Positions 1 to 10,739 of a stretch of 42,582 nt of DNA are shown here, piece by piece. This stretch comes from Octopus bimaculoides (taxonomy: Eukaryota): the NCBI RefSeq assembly GCF_001194135.2, contig NC_068981.1, forward strand, positions 131,372,326-131,414,907, given 5' to 3'. Both the position numbers and the translations under genes were made by a program. A model generated the notes under the pieces. The model was given only the letters and a program-made list of their open reading frames with translations, searched no databases and was not told the origin of the DNA. Numbering within the stretch: the first letter of the stretch is position 1; every line of letters begins with the position of its first letter.

Positions 1-185
1 CAAACACAGACACACAAACATATACACACACATACATACATATATATATTCATATATACGACGGGCTTCTTTCAGTTTCCGTCTACCAAATCCACTCACA
101 AGACTTTGGTTGGCCCGTGGCTATAGTAGAAGACACTTGCCCAAGGTGCCATGCAGTGGGACTGAACCTGGAACCATGTGGTTTG
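1..185 (-). mobile_element. tRNA-derived SINE, family C (head ~160 bp, internal microsatellite, 3' module); partial copy cut by the window edge
   Basis: Matches the copies at 7813, 10740, 11181, 12021 and 41144 (acgggcttctttcagtttccgtctaccaaatccactcacaag...gggactgaacctggaaccatgtgg). Confidence 0.9.
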
Positions 186-282
186 TATACTCACATGTAA
201 GTATGGATACACATACACATATACATACACATCTATGTATGTATGTATGTATGTATGTATGTATGTATGCATGAACATGTTC

Positions 283-496
283 TTTTATTCTTTTGCTTCT
301 TGCACTCATTGAAGAGCAGCCAACTGGAGCACCACGTTAACTCGATTTAGTGGAACAAATCGGCCCTCAGTACTTATTCTTTTAAAGGCTGATACTCTAT
401 TCTAACGAGCGTTTTTGCCTAACCGCCAAGTTTAGGGGGATGTAAACCAAACAACACCTTTTTTCAAGCGGCATGTGAGACAAGCGCAAAGACACA

Positions 497-537
<41 letters not shown>

Positions 538-610
538 GTATATGTGTGTGTATATANNNNNNNNNNCGCGCGCGCACATATATGGCAGGCTTCCTAACAG
601 CTTCTATCTA
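283..610 (-). mobile_element. Old, degenerate family C SINE (3' module plus CA/TA microsatellite)
   Basis: Diverged similarity to 10740-11000 (ggagcacc, agtacttattct, aaccgccaagtt, taaacc). Confidence 0.65.
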
Positions 611-1139
611 AAATTGTATATTCTATTCTATAATTTTAATTAAGTTCTATATTAGATAATCTTTGAATCAGCTTTAGTATATCCCTTTTATAAGTGAGAT
701 ACTATACACTGCGAAATATAATATATATGGCCAAATGGTTAACAGGTTTGCTTCTCAGTCATGAGATTCCTGATTCGATCACATTGCGCGACATCTGAAG
801 CTAGTATCATTTTTTGTAACTTCGATCTGACTATACCTTCTGAATGAAATTCTTTAGATGGAAACTATAAAAAACTGTACAGAAGTCAGTCAGATTTCAC
901 TTGTAATTCAAAGGTATAGACTTATCCTGCACCAACAAGTGGTTCGTTCGCTTGTGTAGCTGATGACGTTTATTGATGCAGAAACACAAGCCAACAGCTG
1001 TCCTCATTGGCATGTCATTATTCCACTTCAGAATTACGTTAAGGGTACATGTGTTTGCAACGAACAGTTAGTGCAATTGGTTGAACAAATGAAACCATCC
1101 ATCCATCCAACCATCCATCTGTGTGTATATGTGTGTGTC

Positions 1140-1179
<40 letters not shown>

Positions 1180-1195
1180 TTTGTGTGTGTGTCTT

Positions 1196-1235
<40 letters not shown>

Positions 1236-1291
1236 CGTGTATGTGTGAATGTCCGTGTGTGTGTACGTGTGTGAAACAGAAATTACGTAAG

Positions 1292-1520
1292 GTGGCGAGC
1301 TGGGGGAAACGTTATCCCGCCGGACGAAATGCTTAGCAGTATTTCGTCTGCCGTTACGTTCTGAGTTCAAATTCCGCCGAGGTCGACTTTGCCTTTCATC
1401 CTTTCGGGGTCGATAAATTAAGTACCAGTTACGCACTGAGGCCGATGTAATCAACTTAGTCCTTTTGTCTGTCCTTGTTTGTCCCCTATGTTTAGCCCCT
1501 TGGGGGCAATAAGGAAATAA
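1292..1520 (+). mobile_element. tRNA-derived SINE, family A (full length)
   Basis: A-box-like TGGGGGAAACG and B-box GAGTTCAAATTCC; tail ...gggcaataaggaaataag; 14-bp TSD agaaattacgtaag at 1278-1291 and 1520-1533. Confidence 0.92.
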
Positions 1521-1924
1521 GAAATTACGTAAGAGGATTAGATCAGCATATCGAAATAGCCAATGACCTGTTTCAACAGCAAAGGATCATAAAGGTATAT
1601 TACATGCTATACAAGACAAATTCGTGGTGTATTGAAATTATCTCGGCTTCCAAGGAATGTAGAAGAATCACAATTGGGACCAACTCCAAATGAGAAGCAA
1701 ATATATATTCAAGAACTAACAATTCTCTAAAGCTGAGATACTGTTAAGGAAAACAGAGTTTCATTGTCTGGACACAAGAGTAAAGCTGAGTCTCAGGTTT
1801 AGAGGCGTCATCAGCCATGCAAGCTAATGAACCACCTATTAGTTGTTTTTGTTCTACCATATGGTACCTATTTAAAACAAGATGGAATGAGAGAGTTGAG
1901 TGCCTTAGGCACGGACTAAGACAG

Positions 1925-1992
1925 TATATATGTCTGTGGAGAGAGAGAGAGAGAGAGAGAGATGCATATATATATACACACACACACACACG

Positions 1993-2049
<57 letters not shown>

Positions 2050-2050
2050 C
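1925..2050. repeat. Compound (GA)n-(TA)n-(CA)n microsatellite
   Basis: Directly visible. Confidence 0.95.
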
Positions 2051-2072
2051 AAACATACGTACGTATGTTTGT

Positions 2073-2301
2073 ATGCGAGCTGGCAGAAACGTTAGCACAC
2101 TGGACGAAATGCTTAGCGCTATTTCGTCTGCCGTTACGTTCTGAGTTCAAATTCCGCCGAGATCGACTTTGCCTTTCATCCTTTCGGGGTCGATAAATTA
2201 AGTACCACTTACGCACTGGGGCCGATGTAATCGACTTAATCCCTTTGTCTGTCCTTGTTTGTCCTCTCTATGTTTAACCTTTGTGGGCAATAAGGAAATA
2301 A
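2073..2301 (+). mobile_element. Family A SINE
   Basis: Near-identical to 1292-1520; 16-bp direct repeat caaacatacgtacgta at 2050-2065 and 2302-2317. Confidence 0.92.
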
Positions 2302-2352
2302 CAAACATACGTACGTACGTACATACATACATACATACATACATACATACAT

Positions 2353-2835
2353 AGAATCTGTGTACAGTAGTGAAAATCAGCCGCCCAACGGATGTTAACA
2401 ACACTAAAGATCAGCGAGAAAGAGAATACCTACGCTGAACTATTGAGAAATCTAGTTACTCAATCCAGGTTACAACTTCAGATTTATACCTGTAATTATT
2501 GGAGCACCGAGATATGTAAAACACTGCCTAAATAGAAAACTTGAAAAATTAGGCTTCTGAAAACGAAAAAGAAGAAAGTTTTTTCAAAGACTACAGATTC
2601 AAGCCACCACTGGAACTGTAAAAATCTCTAAAACTTTCCAGAATTTTATCATTTAAGTATATATGAGCATGTCTAGACATGCAACTATATGAATGAGAAT
2701 ACATACATAAAACAAAACATGCAAATCTGCACACATACATATGTATATGCAAAAATACCCTGTTGATGTTGTTGAAATTCCAATACAGGCTCTTGCTCTA
2801 TTGGCAAGACATCTTGAAATAAAACTGAATAATGA
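2353..2835 (+). mobile_element. 3' end of a restriction-like-endonuclease non-LTR retrotransposon (R4/Dong-like), pseudogenised
   Basis: Frameshifted translation CTVVKISRPTDVN..KISEKENTYAELLRNL..PGYNFRFIPVIIGAPRYVKHCLNRKLEKLGF*..QRLQIQATTGTVKISKTFQNFII* (stop 2654-2656) fits the RLE C-terminus; 3' UTR runs into (ATAC)n. Confidence 0.75.
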
Positions 2836-2857
2836 CATACATACATACATACATATA

Positions 2858-2889
<32 letters not shown>

Positions 2890-2929
2890 AACTAAGGTTC
2901 ACGTTTGCTGATGTGAGTTTTAATGGGGA

Positions 2930-2945
2930 ATAGATGATGATGATG

Positions 2946-2991
<46 letters not shown>

Positions 2992-3012
2992 CAACAACAA
3001 CAATAATAATAA
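2930..3012. repeat. (GAT)n-(AAT)n-(AAC)n trinucleotide microsatellite
   Basis: Directly visible. Confidence 0.95.
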
Positions 3013-3014
3013 TC

Positions 3015-3215
3015 CTTTCTACTATAGGCACAAGGCCTGAAATTTTAAGGAGACAACGTACGGACGAAAGAGCGAAGAATCGACACCGGTACTGAACTAG
3101 TACTTAATTTATCGATCCAGAAAGGGTAACAGGCAACACTGACCTCTGCCTGATTTGAACTCAGAACGCAGAGAGAAGGAATGAATGCCGCAACACATTC
3201 TATCTGAATCTCTAA
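3015..3215 (-). mobile_element. Degenerate family B SINE (same head/core as A, different tail)
   Basis: ttctactataggcacaaggcctgaaatttt is the reverse complement of the B tail; tttgaactcagaacg is the reverse-complemented B box. Confidence 0.75.
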
Positions 3216-4029
3216 GGAACCAGCCAATTTACCGCTTTAGTTTTCTTATCGAAATTCAAGTGCAAAAAAAAAAGTGAACTGGAAAGTAACTATAGGATTT
3301 GCATGAAATGAAATGAGAAATGTGTCTTAAAAACTTAACCATTGAAGGAAAGATAAATTATCTATACAGACAGACAGATACTGCAAGCATCTAAATATGA
3401 TACGTGTCTGAAAAAAACTTAAATGTATTAACGACATCATTCCCAGAGCTAAACAAATGATTATACGAAAAGAAATAAACTGGCAAAATGAATAAGCAAT
3501 AAACTTCTTGTGCAACATCAAGTCGAGAGATAAAACTTGCTAAAATAAGAAATATTGAAAAAGAACTGAAATTTAAAGTTTTTTTTCGACGTTGGAAATG
3601 ATCACACCAATTCACAATGAAAGAAGCAGGTCACTTGCAGATAACAAGTTCGTATCTCTCTCCTCGTACTTCCCACTTTGTGCATTGCAGGTTCGTAATC
3701 CTCACCTTGCCCAAAATTAAAATACTGGAACGCATCCGAGAAAGTTAGTTACTGAGAAAGCTTCTCTGTAATCGCTCTGCTTGACAGAAATAGTAGTCAA
3801 ATCTCCCCCCATATCACACACATTTTAAAATTTAAAAAAAAAAGGATATATCAGACAGTAAGACCTAGATAAAATAAGTCCGAAAAAAAAAACGGAATTA
3901 TCACGGTTAAAATATCTTTGATCACAAGCCTTCGGGGTAAAATGCTGACATAAAAGCTAAACAACAAAGTAACAACAAACAACTGAATGAATGGGTTTCA
4001 ACTGAATAATCTTAGGATATTAGAACAAC

Positions 4030-4345
4030 TCGTCTGGCTCCTTGTTGGTTACGACGATAAGTGTTCCAGTTGATCCAATTAAAGGAACAGCTTGTTCGTG
4101 AAATTAATGTGCAAGTGGCTGAGCACTCCACAGACACGCGTACTCTTAGCGTAGCTCTCAGGGAGATTCGATGTGACACAGCGAACGTGACAAGGATGAC
4201 CTATTGAACTACTAGTACAATTCATTTTTGCCAGATGAGTGGATTGGAGCAACGTGAAATAAAATGTCTTACTCAGGGACACAACGCGCAGTCAAGGATC
4301 GAACTCACAACCTCGCAACCGCGAGCCGAATACACCCCAGCCAAT
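4030..4345 (-). mobile_element. tRNA-derived SINE, family D (older, with central domain)
   Basis: Minus strand reads tattcggctcgcggttgcgaggttgtgaGTTCGATCCttgactgcgcgttgtgtccctgagtaagacatt...ttgctccaatccactcatctggcaaaaatga; related pieces at ~720-1100 and 6350-6910. Confidence 0.75.
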
Positions 4346-4621
4346 AAGCTATGCGCCTTTACCTCAGAACAACTTACAAGTAGTATTTGTCTTCCGGATA
4401 TCTTGAAAACCAAATACCCAATAGGTGCCGCTAACCTTATGCTAAAAGGAAATCTCAGTAGTGAGTCTCACAAAATACTGCTCTAAAGACTTTATTCATA
4501 ACAGGGTGTCAGATAAGACCTGAAAGGTTCAGTCTCTTACAGCAGCTCTCAGTTAAATTATTTGCACTGCAAAGAAAAACAAAATAAGGTCTTTACAGAG
4601 ACTACACTGAAACCAAGATTC

Positions 4622-4900
4622 GGATCTTTCTGAATTGACGGGCACCACTTTTCATTTATGTTTTATGTAGTGTTTTTGGTACCGAAACACTTTCAAACTT
4701 CGTATACTTGTACATTTTGTGTTATAGAACAGATAAAAAAATTTGTATTCGAAGTTATTTCATGTAAAAAAAATTGTCGTATTTCGGTAATTTCAACCAA
4801 TCAGAGAAAAATATGTTTTATATGACACATTCTACGAGTATCCAAGTTTGAAAGTGTTTCGTTAAGAAAACAAGTGGTGCCCGCCAATTCAGAAAGATCC
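4622..4900. mobile_element. MITE with GG-terminated TIRs and 8-bp TSD (Merlin/IS1016-like)
   Basis: 29-bp TIRs at 4622-4650 and 4872-4900 (28/29 identical); perfect 18-bp inner inverted repeat at 4683-4700 and 4844-4861; TSD caagattc/caagattt. Confidence 0.85.
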
Positions 4901-5415
4901 CAAGATTTTATATATGACTAAAACATGGAACCTTAATTTCAAGTTGAATGCAGCAAAGTNNNNNNNNNNNNNNNNNNNNNNNNNNNNNNNNNNNNNNNNN
5001 NGCTAGGAATCTATTGTATATAAAGGATGCAGAACGTTGCATTGAAAACCAGCTGGCGGAGAATCTGCCTGGGGTTAAAGTAGTAGTAACATCCACCTGC
5101 CCCACTTTGATGTGGAAACTAGATTTACTATATATATATATATATATATATATATGCATATATATGTGTGTATGTGCGTGTGTATATATACACGCTTGCA
5201 TCCATAAATACATGTGTATGAGCGCGAGCACACACACACACACACACATACACTCATACACACACATACGCATGTAAGCTGTTTGGGAGTCCAGTACTTC
5301 AAGTAGATCTTCAGTTTCATACCCATTATTATTGAAACAACAGGATACGTATCAACCCGCCTCGAGCAAAATTATTGATGAACTTCGTTTCGTAATATAG
5401 AAATTCTCTCCCTAA

Positions 5416-5832
5416 GGCAGCGAGCTGGCGCCGGGCGAAATGCTTAGCGCTATTTCGTCTGCTGTTACGTTCTGAGTTCAAATTCCGCCGAGGTCGACTT
5501 TGCCTTTTATCCTTTCAGGGTCGATAAATTAAGTACCAGTTACGCATTGGGGTCGATGTAATCAACTTAATCCCTTTGTCTGACCCTGTTTGTCCCCTCT
5601 ATGTTTAGCCCCTTGTGGGCAATAAAGAAATAAGAAACGTTAACACGCCGGGCGAAATGCTTAGCGCTATTTCGTCTTTCTTTACGTTCCCAGTTCAAAT
5701 CCCGCCGAGGTCGACTTTGCCTTTTCATCCTTTCGGGGTCGATAAATTAAGTATCAGTTGCGTACTGGGGTCGATCTAATCGACTATCCCCCTCCCCAAA
5801 AATTTCAGGCCTTGTGCCTAGAGTAGAAAAGA
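5416..5832 (+). mobile_element. Composite SINE: 5'-truncated family A copy nested in the head of a family B copy
   Basis: ggcagcgagctggc|gccgggcg...aataaagaaata|agaaacgttaacacgcc...tttcaggccttgtgcctagagtagaaaag; 12-bp direct repeat aatatagaaatt at 5394-5405 and 5832-5843. Confidence 0.8.
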
Positions 5833-6079
5833 ATATAGAAATTATCTGCTGATATAATCAACTACTTTGAAATCTAGCCGTGACAAATGATAACCAAGAG
5901 CTTCTATGTGGTCTCCAGATCGGCTAAAAGTAGCAGATAGATTATCATCGAATTACACTCCACCGTTTAATGAAAAACAATAGAGATAATGAGTCCAAAG
6001 TATACAAAATGAAGAAATGGTTTCGGCTCGAATGCCTTTGCCTATAGGTCTTCTTAATCAGAGTTAGCCAGTGGCTAAA

Positions 6080-6162
6080 CAATAGCAACAACAGAACCAG
6101 CAGCAACAACAACAACAACAACAACAACAGCAGCAGCAGCAGTAGCGGCAGTAGCAGCAATA
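6080..6162. repeat. (CAA)n/(CAG)n trinucleotide repeat
   Basis: Directly visible; flanking frames contain stops. Confidence 0.9.
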
Positions 6163-6507
6163 AAGAGAAGTGACACCGATATTCATTGGCAATACAGTCA
6201 ACAAGAATTCGCTGTTGCTGATAAGATAACAGCTTCTGTCTGTAATGTCGTTCTCTAATCAGCATACTGCAACCTGGCAACAATGATGTCTGTGTGATAG
6301 GAGGGTATGTATATGAACAGATGTATGTATATGAACAGATCATGAACATATGATCAGATGATTAAGCGGTTCAGTTCATAATCACGATGTCCTTGATTCG
6401 ATCCCACAACGGAAAATTTTGGACATTGTCTTTTCTGTGCATATTTTCGAGTCAGCCCAAGCCCCTTGATTGAAACGGAGTTGGCAAGAACTGCAGAGAA
6501 TTGTACA

Positions 6508-6737
6508 GGTGGCGAGCTGGCAGAAACGTTAGTACGCCGGACGAAATACTTAGCAGTAATTCGTCTGCCGTTACGTTCTGAGTTCAAATTCCGCCGAGGT
6601 CTACTTTGCCTTTCATCCTTTCGGGGTCGATAAATTAAGTACCAGTTACGCACTGGGTCGATGTAATCGACTTAATCCCTTTACCTACCTTTGTTTGTCC
6701 CCTCTATGTTTAGCCCCTTGTGGGCAATAAAGAAATA
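6508..6737 (+). mobile_element. Family A SINE inserted in an older family D SINE (about 6350-6910)
   Basis: Full A copy; diverged TSD aagaactgcagagaatt (6486-6502) / aggaactgtagagaatt (6737-6753); D-like sequence resumes after it. Confidence 0.88.
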
Positions 6738-7319
6738 GGAACTGTAGAGAATTCATCGCATAGCTTGTACATGTAATTCAAAGGCCTAGCTTTGCCTCAC
6801 ACAGTGTCACGCCGATTCTGTTCCAAGATCAAAACAAGAGTACACCTGTCTGCGAGGAACTCAGCTGCTTCACACCAGTTCAATTAATAAACAGTCTAGT
6901 TGATCGGAAAACTGAATACCCAAAATCGAAATCAACATAAATTTTGGTAATCATAGGCTGTTGTTGCATTTGTTGTTGTGGATAGTGTTTAGCTCCAGGT
7001 CAACCAGGATCGAGCAGATCTGTGTTCAAAGGCATTCGAGTCATGACCATCTAATGTACCTTTTCTCTATATAAGACGATACGGTGTGACTTGAGAAATG
7101 ATTTGTCACTACCAAGAAGTCGAGAAATCATACAGAGCTTCTCCTTTGAACTCAAAATGCTTTTAGGGTTGTTGTTTAATCTATGATAGAGCAGGCCCTT
7201 GATGAAAGCATTCCATGACCTTCCCGACCACATTATTTAATATGTCATACATACATACATACATACATACATACATACATACATACACACAAAAGAGAAA
7301 GAGCAAAGGAAACTGATGC

Positions 7320-7630
7320 AGATTCTCCAAATCTAATCTATTTGTGGCACAGTGAAAATGTGTAAGACATTCCAAAAATTCTCCATCTCTCGTGAATAGA
7401 TTTACATACTTGGTATGCATCGACAGTTCAACCAACACACCAACTGAACCACATATTTACAAACACCGATAACTCTCTTAGCTCAAGAAGTTTTGTTGCT
7501 TTGTTAGCGACCGACTTGAACTCTCTCAAGGAGAACTTAAATAGAGCTCAAAAAAATCATACATATGTACATGATAGCTGCAACTCGATTTCAAGCAATA
7601 CCGTCGCTTGGTAGTTTTCTTAAGCATGAC
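7320..7630 (-). pseudogene. Highly decayed hAT (Charlie-like) transposase C-terminal dimerisation region
   Basis: Minus frame KLPSDGIA*NRVAAIMYICMIF*ALFKFSLREFKSVANKATKLL...FS, then LSMHTKYVNLFT..ECL..CAT..DLENL, parallels the hAT pattern ELSxD..FW..EYP.LAKKA..LL..FS..KTKYRNRL. Confidence 0.5.
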
Positions 7631-7812
7631 TCGGGCAGATTGACTTTTCAGTCCTACTAGGGACCTTTACTCTTTTGCTCAGAAGTATCAACGACGGGTG
7701 CCTCTTGCAACAGGTGTTCAGGGAGCTGACTGCTCACACTGAGAAACACCCACATTCCATATTTGAATAAATACTTGAATTTATTAAAATATATTATTCT
7801 ATATTATTCTGT

Positions 7813-8000
7813 ATAGATGCAGGCGTGGCTGTATGGTAAGAAGCTTGCTTCCCAACCACATGGTTCCGGGTTCAGTCCCACTGTGCGGCACTCTGGGCAA
7901 GTGTCTTCTACTTAGCCTCGGGCCGATCAAAGCTTTGTGAGTGGATTTGCTTGACGGAAATTGAAAGAAGCCCGTCGTATATATATATATATATATATAT
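7813..8000 (+). mobile_element. Family C SINE head with (TA)n tail
   Basis: A box TGGCTGTATGG, B box GGTTCAGTCCC, ends gaagcccgtcg(ta)n. Confidence 0.92.
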
Positions 8001-8439
8001 AACGTAATATTATTTTGGAGGTAAGAACTACCGGGGGATGTTTGTGTATTGGATGGCAATGTCCATATGATGTGACTCAACCCACATAGATCTAAATTGG
8101 CAACATATGTTCACCACCTTAAATAAAGCGTACAACAAAAGAGCAGAAGAAGGAAACTCGATCTGTTAGAAATAGCAACCAAATTCCTTCACATTACACG
8201 TCATTGTGAAGGACACACATTAAGTAATGTAAATAACCCTACCAAAATATGGGATACACATGGTTGGAATAGCTTTAATGATCAGGTCTGCTCGATTAGG
8301 TTTAACCTTGAGGGTACAACAAGAAGTAATCCGAGGCTCTTTAGTTTTTTTTAATTCGATTGGTCAAGGGGAAGAATTGGTGATCATTTCCTTCGTAGGC
8401 CTTTCAGGGCTGGTGAAACGACGCGTTCAACATTCCTCT

Positions 8440-9830
8440 CGTAGGGAAAGTGTGTACAGAGAGTGAATTCTAGAGTGACGATGCTCTAGAAAGAAACGAC
8501 TGGATGTGGTTGTTAGTGTGGGATGATCATAATATGGCTGATGAGAGACGAGTGAGTCGGTAGTGCCTAAGTTCGAACATGAGTGAAAGAAGTAGGGGAA
8601 ATATTTGTAGGAGGAAGAGTGTGGAGAAACCGGAAGAGTCGTGGCAGTGGAAAAAGTCGGGAGAGAAAGCAGTATGTCTGTGCATCAGATTTATATATGT
8701 GAGGTACTTTATGCTTGTCAGTCGGGTGGGCTTATTTTGAATGCGTTCGAGAATATTTGCGTTTACAGAAAGGTTAAAAAAAATCACCCCTTCTAGGATT
8801 TAAACTCAAAACACGTGGCATTTTATCGCGTTTTCTGCTTGTTCTATCAGTCACCACCCCGTTCCGACTATGCAACAGAAAATAGAATAAAAAGATATGG
8901 AACTAAAAAAAAAAAATGAATGAGGTTAAAAAAATCACTTCAAAAAGCAATGAAGAAACAGAACGAAGAGCAAGTATTAAAATACCGAAAAATTGCATCA
9001 ATCAATAACCAAGAGCAAAATGTATATACTTTTATTTATTGTTAGTAATTAGTGTCAGTTAATTACCACAATTTATTTATTAATAGCAATTAATGTCAGT
9101 TAATTCTCACAATCTTTCATTGCTGTCAAGCTTCATTTGTTAAGGGTCAGGGGCATTTTTCATCTATCATAATATGAGATAACACCGCGACGACGTGTCT
9201 ATCGGTTAAACCAATTCATGAAATTCTTATTCGTTTTAGTATTACCGTCAGATGTGAGAGCAGTATTCCAGAATTCGTATCCTTTTCTTTTGTTTCTTTT
9301 TTTTTTTTTTTGTTAAAGAGAATGGGTAGTCTTTTTGATATAGTCTTAGTTATGTTAAGATTGTGCGTTCCTCAGAAGAGATCACCAGTGATGGTGAGGT
9401 CTGGAATTTGTTACATCCTTCTGAGTTCTAGCCGCGTATTGTTGAAGTTTAGAGGAGGGAGCGCGGTAAGATTTTCTTGGTGTGTGTTGTATTCAGACGA
9501 CCTAATAGATGAAGAAGCTGTAATGGTTTTGTAAAAAATTGTAGTTGCAGCTGAGAAAAGGATCGGTGTTGTTTGATCAGAAGTGTCTGTGAGTTGGACA
9601 CGTCAATGAAGATTGGTTATAATCTTATGTGACCTGTCCGAACTGATACACATCTCGGAAGTTAACGTTCGTTTCTTATAACAACATTGCAATATAAGCC
9701 AGAAAAGGTTGTATCCAAACAGAGAATAGACAAACTGAAAGAAGATCAGTGGCAGAGTAACAGGAGTATATTTCGTTGTTGCCAGCAACAAAAGCCTTGG
9801 ACATACTTATTAGGATAAATCCTGTACAGT
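8440..9830 (-). pseudogene. Decayed CR1/L2-group LINE reverse transcriptase (RT core remnants, thumb, C-terminus), split by a ~450-bp insertion at about 8790-9240
   Basis: Collinear minus-strand motifs: SKAF (~9800), WIQPFL (~9710), PPLNFNNTRL..IPDLTITGDLF*GTHNLNITKTISKRLPILF (9470-9315), IRILEYCSHI* (~9275-9245), ANILERIQNKPTRL (8760-8720), HIQSFLSRASSL*NSL (8510-8460). Confidence 0.8.
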
Positions 9831-10526
9831 CACGGTAAAAGTCGCATGGTGAGAGAAACAGCTGTTACCTGCTACCAACAGCTGGCAAGAGAATCCTGCC
9901 AGTCCCGTCTTTTTGTACATGAAGGATTACTAATTGTCTAATACGTTCTTACTTTTTTAAAAGCAAAAACATTAAGATGTGATTTGAGGAAATTTGGTTG
10001 ATTTTTTTGCAGAGTAAACTACTGAGTAGAAGTAACTTCAGGTGATGCAGTATCATAAATTTGACGAGGAATTAGTACATTAAAAGACAGTGTCGACCTC
10101 GTCGGCATTAAAATTCAGAATGAATTCTAACTAAACACTGTAAGTCACTTAACGCCTTCCTTCATCTAAACACAAACCATACCTTGTAGTGGATCGGTAT
10201 AGTCGACTCAGATATGATCGTTGCATATTCTAACGCCTCTTCGCACCCTAGAAGGATGAAAGGTAAAATTGACCGCTTCCCACCTCATCGCCAGGATTTA
10301 AACTCAAAACATAAATGGAAAGGTCTTAACTGTATTGCATTTTACTCATCTATCTGTTAATTCTATAAGCTAACCACCTACCCACTCCGATTAAGCAATA
10401 GAATATAAAAGGATATTTAATAAAAAAAAATTCTGGATGAGAAAAAGTGAAGAATATTTAATGGAAGAGACAAAACGAAGAGAAATTATTGAAATGTCAA
10501 AACACTGCATCGTCTATATCTAAGAG

Positions 10527-10599
10527 TATACATACATACATACATACATACATACATACATACATACATACATACATACATACATACGTACTTACGTGT

Positions 10600-10639
<40 letters not shown>

Positions 10640-10676
10640 GTATTGATAGATAGATAAATAGATAGACGAATAGACT

Positions 10677-10710
<34 letters not shown>

Positions 10711-10735
10711 TAGACAGACAGAGATAGAAAGATTT
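10527..10735. repeat. Compound (ATAC)n-(GT)n-(GATA)n-(GACA)n microsatellite
   Basis: Directly visible. Confidence 0.95.
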
Positions 10736-10739
10736 GTAT

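Noticed and set aside
5001-5130. Protein-like peptide NLLYIKDAERCIENQLAENLPGVKVVVTSTCPTLMWKLDL
   Set aside because: No recognisable family, left end lost in an N-gap, right end runs into (TA)n without a donor; cannot be supported.
6305-6340. Perfect 18-bp tandem duplication gtatgtatatgaacagat
   Set aside because: A simple slippage duplication with no further structure.
5945-6349. Poly-Leu or poly-Gln/Asn protein
   Set aside because: It is a CAA/CAG microsatellite; flanking translations are not protein-like and no convincing splice sites were found.
7813-7900. Genuine tRNA genes at SINE heads (also 1292, 4330, 26627, 41144)
   Set aside because: A and B boxes are present but no complete cloverleaf forms, and each continues into SINE body sequence.
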